Source: Macrostomum lignano
Taxonomy: Eukaryota
Assembly: GCA_002269645.1 (NCBI GenBank)
Contig: NIVC01000593.1
Location: 181,454 to 245,453 of the forward strand
Direction of reading: 5' to 3'
DNA length: 64,000 nt
The position numbers and the translations under genes are program-made. The number at the start of each line of letters is the position of its first letter. Position 1 is the first letter of the stretch. Positions 56,603 to 64,000 of the stretch are shown piece by piece. Under the pieces are notes generated by a model that saw only the letters and a program-made list of their open reading frames with translations, was not told where the DNA came from and made no database searches.

Positions 56603-58049
56603 CAAGGTGTACCCTAAAAGTAAGTTTCCCTCATATGCAACTCAGCACTCAAGAGGCTTAGCTAAGTGCCATGTAAGTTGTTGCTTTCTTTTTTGTCTAT
56701 GGCCCAACCCTAAACCCCAACCCTAAGTTGCTAATTCCTAGTTTGTTTTCAAACTGCATGGCTGCAACTCAAGCATACAACCCTTTGCAACCATGGCCAC
56801 ATTGAGCTTATTCTCTCGCTATGATGTTCAAAGCATCATCAAGTTTTCTGTGCTATCTGGAAAATCAATACCAAAGATTCACCAAGAACTTGTAAGAGTC
56901 CTAGGAGTAGCTACACCATTCATTATAATGGTCAAGAAGTGGGTGCAAGATATCCAAAAAGGATAAGACTGCATCCTTTATCAGTTATCAGTAAAGCATT
57001 TTATCAGTTAGTAGGATACCCCCCACGCTTTCTATTTCGATACCAGCGAGAGCTAAATACAAATGGGAGATGACCCTAGATTGTATACAAGTGACCTTGT
57101 CATCGGCCAATACAGAGAATTGAAAACCAACCCCCATAATAGAAGCCAATAGAGGCGTAAAATGGATGCTAAAATTGGTGAGCATGGTAGATTCCAGGGT
57201 CTCGGCTTTTTAGGAACAAAATCAAAGAACATAAAGTATGTGAAGCATGAAATTTTGCACAAAGTTTAATAATGATTTCACAAATATACTGTAATGACAA
57301 TTGACAACCGTTGCTTCATTTAAAATATTCTTTAAATTGTTTTCTTATATCTCCTTTTTATTCTTTTTTTTAAATTAAAAACATAAATCTTCAAATCTTC
57401 AATTTATAATCTTTACTTGCAATTACACAAATGTTACAACTTATAATATATTGTGATTAGGATTTAGGACTAGTACACCTGGTGCACTTGTACATTTTGC
57501 CTGGCGTACCTGTACCTGGCGCACACCAAAAAAATTTTTTGGGGTGGCTTCTAGTGCACACATAACATGATACTAACTATGGAGCCAGGCCTTTTAGGGA
57601 GAGGTGTTATCTACTAGCATGACAATGCCCTGGGCATTGGGCCAAATGGGTTGAATGTTGAAGAGTTACTAGACTCCTAGAACTAGGAAATTCTCTGCCA
57701 GAAGACTGCCACCCCTGCTATTTGCCTGATTTGGCTTTAGTAGACTTTTATCTGTTCCCAAAGATGAAAGAAAGCCTTTGTGGTCAGCATTTTGGATCTG
57801 AGGAGCAGGTGAATATAGCACTTCATCAGCTCTTCAACATCTGGCAATTGTCGGCTGCAGGCCCACCTTTGAAGTTTGAAGCATAGGTACAATGGTACAT
57901 TGCTGGGAAAAGTGCATTGAGCTTGGCGGCCAATTTGTGGAATGACATATACTTGAAGTTGTGGCTAGACAAAGTTAACATTTTTAAACTAATTGCTCAC
58001 TATTATAGTATTAGCAGCTGACCAAAACTTACTTCTAGGATACACATTG
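56603..58049 (+). mobile_element. Decayed mariner element C with short TIRs and an internal insertion
   Basis: TA|CAAGGTGTACCCTAAAAGTAAGTTT vs inverse at 58025-58051; remnants SIIKFSVLSGKSIPKIHQEL...KKWV and HDNA...HPCYLPDLALVDFYLFPKMK. Confidence 0.85.
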
Positions 58050-61000
58050 TAAGTCTATATATTTGGAATAAATCAAATTCAATATCAACTGCATATCAAA
58101 TATCATATAAAAATTAGAACTAAAAATATACTTTTAAAATAAAAATTATATAAAAATATACTATACCAATGCTATAGCTTATCTACTACTTATCTACTAC
58201 TTATTAAAATAAATATATAAAATATAAAACAAACTTTGAAAAGCATTGATTGAAATTGAAATTTAATTTAAACGAATAGCTTGCGTGCACGGCAGCCGTT
58301 CACGTAAGCTCAGAATTGCGTGCATGGCGGCTATCTACCTAGTGCTTTATTTGCATATATGCAGCCGTCCACCTAGTGTTGTATTTGCGTGCATGGCAGC
58401 CGGCTACAATTTGAAGCCAGTTATTTAAAAAAACAAATGCTTTTAGATTGATTTCACAGTAGATCTGCTATAATATAAATTATCTTTGCCTAGTTGTATT
58501 GTTTGACGTGCAACAATTCAAAACGTTTTTAGCCATCTTTAGCTATCTGTTTTTCTAGGATAGAAAAAAGTTTCTATGAAAAAAAATTAGTCAGCGGGGT
58601 CTCTCTACGGCTCTACCCTGAGCTGGATCGGTTTCAACCCACTTCGGCGAAAGTCAATAACGGCGAAAAATACTTTCGCAATGACCATTTCGGCGAAAGA
58701 TTTGTTCCAAGGTTCAGTGAAAGTTTTTGTTGTTTTAGAAGAAAGTTAAGAAGAAAAAAACGAACTTTATAAAGACTTATTTTATCGTGAGATGTTTTTG
58801 TTCTGTCGCAGTTTAATTCAGTTGTCATCACTGGATGACAGCTAGGCTTAGTTAAGCCTTCTCCTTTTAATAGCGACAATCTTGCTGGGATTGGTGGGCC
58901 TAGTTCTATCATGTACCATTAGCATTGTTGAAATTGTTTTGATGCTAGCCTATCTAAAATGCAGAACTAAGTAGCTAGCTAGCCTACTTAGTTTATCAAG
59001 TTAGGGGCCTGGCCCTAGCCTAGGCCTAGTGCCTAGGCCTAGCTTAAATGCTATATTGCAGCCAAACCCAAGGGTTAAGCTTATTTATACCAGACAGTTT
59101 TTCAAGGGAATAGCAAACAATGGCCCTAGTCAAGATCATTTGTTGGCCAATCAATAAGCTTATTGCAATGTGGATCTAGATGAATTTAATAGGCCTAAAA
59201 TGATTGAATAACTAGGGCCTAAATTTAATGGGCCTCAGGCTCAGGGCAGAAATTAATTAGGACTAGGCCTACTTCTAGGCATTGTCATAGTCTCACAGAT
59301 TTTGAGTCTGAGTTTTGGAGAATTAGATAATTGGGACAAGAAGTTTTTTGGTCTTAATAAATAGGCCTATAGACCATATTCTAAGGCATATGTGTCATGA
59401 TCCTAACTATGTCTATGATAGTTTAGATGGCTATATGCCAATAAAATAAAAATTTGATTGGATACTAATCAAATCTAAATATAATTTGGATACTAAAAAT
59501 ATAATTTGTTTTATTTTTAAAAAATAAATTAAAAGACAACCATCTAGTTATTTTTAATAAAACAATTATAAAGTATTATTAACAAAAGCAAAAAGGTGCC
59601 TAGTCTATTTTTTTTTAATTTTGTATAATATATATTATTTTATAGCAGCTTTGTAATTTGTTACATTTTATTCCAAAAAATAAATATTGCATATTGACTA
59701 TACTAATTCAAAAAATTCTTAATAGGCTTAAATTTGTTAGTTAATAATCATTTCATATATTACTTCTAACTACTAACCTATTTGGTTTTAAGAATATAAT
59801 ACAATAATTTTATTGAGCATAAGCTAATAAATACTAGGCTACTAACTAGGTAGCACATATTAAACTTTTATCTTAGTTATATTAAACTTTCTAAATAAAC
59901 TTTTTAAACATCTTTAAACTTGAATAACTATCACATATAGAAGAAGAACATGGCCATTACTGTCATTATGCCTAACTAACAAAACTCAATAGCCTTGCCT
60001 TAGCTTAAAGAATATATAAGAATTTATAGGCCTAGTTTACTATAACATATAGCTTTTATAGGCCTAAGTTTTTTGAATTGTTAGTAACCTAATAAGCTAA
60101 ATCAAGTTCCAATTTAAGTACCATTTTGCTTATAGCAAAGCTCCAAATACTTAACAAAATTGCATGTAATAGTAACCTAAAGCATATATTATACAGTGTA
60201 ATCTTACTAATATCAATAGCAAAGACAACCTTTTGCTTTAGCTCTTAAAAGAAATTAGACTATCTGATAAATATATAATTGTAATTTCAGATTACCCTAC
60301 ACTACATAGAAATTGCATAATGTGAGGTTAGGGCTTTAAGCAAGCTAATGTATAGGTCCTCCATGGCCAATTTACTACTTGCCAAAGATATTATTTAGCT
60401 AGGCCTAGTCATACAACAAAACCTTATATAGCAGATATTATCTTACATGAACCAAAGTTGACAAGCTTTGAACTAGAGCATCAAAAGCAATTGTTCCTTG
60501 AGCATTATTAGGTAGGTCTAAGACTGGCCAATGACAGTCTTATCAAAGTAGAATAGGCCAATAATGCTGCCACTTTCAATCCTATATCACATAGTAGTCT
60601 TTGAAGACTATATAGGGCTACTCATTTTAAATAATAAGGATTATACTTTGACTAGTATCTATTGTTGTACCTATTAACTTTTCTATTAACTCTCAAATGT
60701 GTACCCAAGAAGTTTCTAATACAATTTGAAGTTTGTAGAGGGGTTTATGGCTCTTGTCTATGGCCCAAATGCATGTAATATTCTATTGAGAAGCAATAGA
60801 AAAGCAATAAATGTTGATTCAATAATTTATTTACATATTAGCTGATTTAAATGCCATTTATCAAGACATATCTAGGACACTTTTTGACACTAACATGAGC
60901 ATATGTTGTTTTCCCTATACCAAAAGGTGAAAACTTCAAAATTGTATTAGAACTTTTTTGAGTGCAGTTTTGAAACTTTTTTGCACCCTATCCTCAGGAG

Positions 61001-61739
61001 CAAAACCTGCAGCTTAACCATTTGGGAAACTGCAACCCCTTGGTCCCTAGTAAGAGCTCCCATCTTGCATTCTTAAGGAAGAAGTAGGAAAATAACATTA
61101 TCTTATAAACTTACACACAATGACTAAAAAGGAGCAAAATGGTGGCTGCCAACTAGATAGCAACTTCATCTTGTATTTATCATTCATTTGACCTAAAAGT
61201 GCATGAATATTAAATAATTAAAGAACAAATATATTGTACTTATACATTTAAGATAAGGTTCGAGGTGGCATGATCAGTGTATACACTAGAAAACTAGAGG
61301 GGTGGGGCAGACTGGAAAGGTTGGGTTGGGGCACAATTGCACAGCAAGATGCATATAACTTTTGGTATGTACATGGTATTGCTATGAAATTTTATGCTTC
61401 AATAAAAATTATGAAAGAAAATATATTGATGGTAAAATTTAAACTTATTTAAACAATCTTGCTGTCCACAGTGAACAGTCTGAAAAACTAGTATATATAA
61501 TACTGGTTGCAAAACAAATGAATCAAAGAAGCATTAAGTAGTAGAGAAGTTTTAAATTGCATACAGAGCAAAGCAAAAAGCCTCCCTATATATAATTTTA
61601 TTGCACTCTTGCTGTTAGACAAAATTATTTTATACATTATTTTAGACACATCTAGGTTTTAATATTTTATATATTCATTAAATCTATCTGCTAGAACTAA
61701 GGATCAAGTTCAGTGGTTGCATTCTTCTAACCAAACTGC

Positions 61740-61916
61740 ATGTTATCAGGCGCTGGCTTAACAATGTCTGAACGAATATCCTCACACTTGGAGGTGAAGG
61801 CCGGTGTTCTGGTCAAGCGTTCCCAGAACAAGCATTTATTTACTAGGGAGAACTTTAAAGAGCGATACTTTATGCTCACGCCAATGAGTCTGCAGTATTT
61901 CGAGTGCTCGAAATCG
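61740..61916 (+). CDS. BTK: Tec/BTK-family tyrosine kinase, exon 1 (PH domain start); ATG could be 61740 or 61764
   Basis: VLVKRSQNKHLFTRENFKERYFMLTPMSLQYFE parallels Tec/Btk LIKRSQQKK...NYKERLFVLT; donor |GTCAGT phase 0; paralogue not resolvable. Confidence 0.85.
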
Positions 61917-61989
61917 GTCAGTAACATTACTAACTAATTTTTTAGTTTTGCCACTGCTGTTCTAAGAAATAACCCAGCTACAGATACCC

Positions 61990-62735
61990 GGGCTGTGCCA
62001 CCGAAACCCTCCCAGATTCTCAGTTGCTGTGCCACCGAAACCCTCCCAGATTCTCAGTTGCTGTGCCACCGAAACCCTCCCAGATTATCAGTTGCTGTGC
62101 CACCGAAACCCTCCCAGATTATCAGTTGCTGTGCCACTAAAACCCTCCCAGATTCTCAGTTGCTGTGCCACTAAAACCCTCCCAGATTCTCAGTTGCTGT
62201 GCCACTAAAACCCTCCCAGATTGTCAGTTGCTGTGCCAGCCTCCCAGATCCCCAGTTGCTGGGCCAGCCTCCCAGATCCTCAGTTGCTGGGCCAGCCTTT
62301 CAGGTTCTCAGTTGCTAGGCCAGCCTCCCAGATCCTCAGTTGCTGTGCCAGCCTCCCAGATCCCCAGTTGCTGGGCCAGCCTCCCAGATTCTCAGTTGCT
62401 GTGCCTCCGGAACCTTCCCAGATTCTCAGTTGCTGTGCCACCGGAACCCTCCCAGATCCTCAGTTGCTGGGCCAGCTTCCCAGATCCTCAGTTGCTGGGC
62501 CAGCCTCCCAGAGTGTCAATAGCTGGGCCAGCCTCCCAGATTCTCAGTTGCTGGGCCAGCTTCCCAGATCCTCAGTTGCTGGGCCAGCCTCCCAGATCCT
62601 CAGTTGCCGGGCCAGTCTCCCAGATCCTCAGTTGCTGGGCCAGCCTTTCAGGTTCTTAGTTGCTAGGCCAGCCTCCCAGATCCTCAGTTGCTGGGCCAGC
62701 CTCCCAGATCCTCAGTTGCTGGCCAGCCTCCCTGA
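61990..62735. repeat. 28/34-bp minisatellite (CCTCCCAGATYCTCAGTTGCTGKGCCA core), Tec intron 1
   Basis: Direct reading; source of several spurious ORFs. Confidence 0.95.
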
Positions 62736-62774
62736 CCCTCGCAGATCTGAATCACAGCACTCCCGTCTCCCTAG

Positions 62775-63239
62775 CAGAGCTCGCCATCTCGGGCCAGCAA
62801 GCCGCGCGGTCGGATCTTCCTGGCGCTGATGAAAGCGGTGGAAAGTGTCGATAAGCTCGACACTAGATTCGGCGGCGGGCGCTGGCGATTCGGCTTACAA
62901 ATTGTGTACGTAGAAGACGTGCACTACACGCACTACACTCTGTACGCTCTGGCCGCCACTGAGGCTGACCGGGCCGACTGGCTGCGCCTAATCCGGGACA
63001 ACGCTCTGGCTAGAGGGGCCAGGTTTGGCCCAGTCTATCATCCTGGCGCCTGGCTTAAGCCTGGCCGATTTGCCTGCTGCAACAGTAGCGATAAAAAATC
63101 GCACGGCTGCTCGCCAGCTACGGATGCTCAACAGCTGCAGCAGCAAGATGAGTCAGTTCAATTGGCTACTCAACGGCAGCAGAGACCTGCCAATCAGTTA
63201 CAGCCGCTGTCCCAGCAACAGTTGACCTCGCAGACTGGG
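62775..63239 (+). CDS. BTK: Tec/BTK-family kinase, exon 2 (PH C-terminus and Btk zinc motif)
   Basis: RGRIFLALMKAVESV...LQIVY...LYALAATEADRADWLRLIR and YHPGAWLKPGRFACCNSSDKKSHGC; acceptor ccctag|, donor |GTTAGT. Confidence 0.88.
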
Positions 63240-63361
63240 GTTAGTAACTCTTTACGACCTATTTCATTTATGTACATTACTGTATACAGCTTAGTGCAGG
63301 GGTCGGCAACTTTTTTACCTCAAGGGCCAGGTAAAACCTTGCTAATGGCTGCGGGCCGGAT

Positions 63362-63525
63362 GTGAGAGAAGAGAAGAGAGGAAAGAAGGGAGAGGAGAAG
63401 TGAAGATAGATAAAATGAGAGATGAAAGGAGAGAAAATGAGAAGAGAGAGGGAAGCAGAGCAATGAGTAGAGAGGGGATTGAGAGAAGAGTGGAGAGAGA
63501 AGGTATAAGAGAGCTCAGAAGAGAC
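63362..63525. repeat. AG-rich low-complexity tract, Tec intron 2
   Basis: Direct reading. Confidence 0.8.
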
Positions 63526-63895
63526 CTTGAGCGGGCCGGATTCCTGGCTTCCTGGACCGCATGTGGACCGCGGGCCGGATTTTGCCGACCCCCGGTTTTA
63601 GAGGTAAACTCCTCTGGTTCTTGCACCACGATCCCACGTTGATTCGGAGATGTGTGCACACAATTGAGAGCCAACTACCCCCACCCCCCAAGGCACAGAA
63701 AGTGTACATGCCTGACGATAGTATTGGCGCGCTTGAATGTACTTTTGTACCAGTGCAAGCCTTACCCTAATTAGCTGTACCGGATGTTACTTCAGTGAGC
63801 TAATGTCATAGAAGCTTTATTACTCAATCCTAATTTGAAAACTCAGTTCTACTAGTAGTGGACAAATCATTTTTATGACTCTTCTATATTCACAG

Positions 63896-64000
63896 GTGGG
63901 CAATTCCCGGTCAACGTCCAACTTTATTACTGACTCGTCAGCCAACGGTGTGACTGGCGGCGGCGACCAGCCAACTGGCGCGGCTGGCAACGTTGTGGTT
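63896..64000 (+). CDS. BTK: Tec/BTK-family kinase, exon 3 (linker leading into the expected SH3); runs off the window
   Basis: Acceptor ttcacag|, phase 0 open frame ending GNVVV, where the SH3 VVALYD motif is expected. Confidence 0.65.
   Translation, partial: MGNSRSTSNFITDSSANGVTGGGDQPTGAAGNVVV

Noticed and set aside
56700-56730. Telomere-like CCCTAA repeats
   Set aside because: Only two imperfect units inside mariner C
62165-62854. Several 60-200 aa ORFs
   Set aside because: Translations of the 28/34-bp intronic repeat of the Tec gene

Overview
Intron-containing animal genomic DNA, very rich in tandem repeats. Its style (poly-Q/poly-A coding tracts, compact genes, dense minisatellites) suggests a flatworm such as Macrostomum; this is an inference. 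Genes on the minus strand: 5' part of ATRX (ADD domain), TMUB1/2-like, MAP2K4/MKK4, an orphan acidic ORF, an intronless TTLL7-like glutamylase with a ~850-aa N-terminal extension, RIDA and MZT1. Genes on the plus strand: a 9-exon ARHGAP19-like RhoGAP and the 5' part of a Tec/BTK-family kinase. Mobile DNA: three decayed mariner elements (two with long TIRs, ~140-200 bp alignable), hAT-type non-autonomous elements, several MITEs, a tRNA-derived SINE, and a Penelope-like element with a hammerhead ribozyme and a 446-bp-arm palindrome. Main hunt results: (1) a RIP-like CpA->TpA plus CpG-loss signature in discrete AT-rich domains, seen directly in TIR-versus-TIR comparisons; (2) a minisatellite array of ~20 RFX X-box motifs between MZT1 and RIDA/TTLL7; (3) the hammerhead-bearing fold-back Penelope insertion; (4) a candidate trans-spliced, operon-like gene run. 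All coordinates, splice sites and counts were derived by hand and no database search was run.
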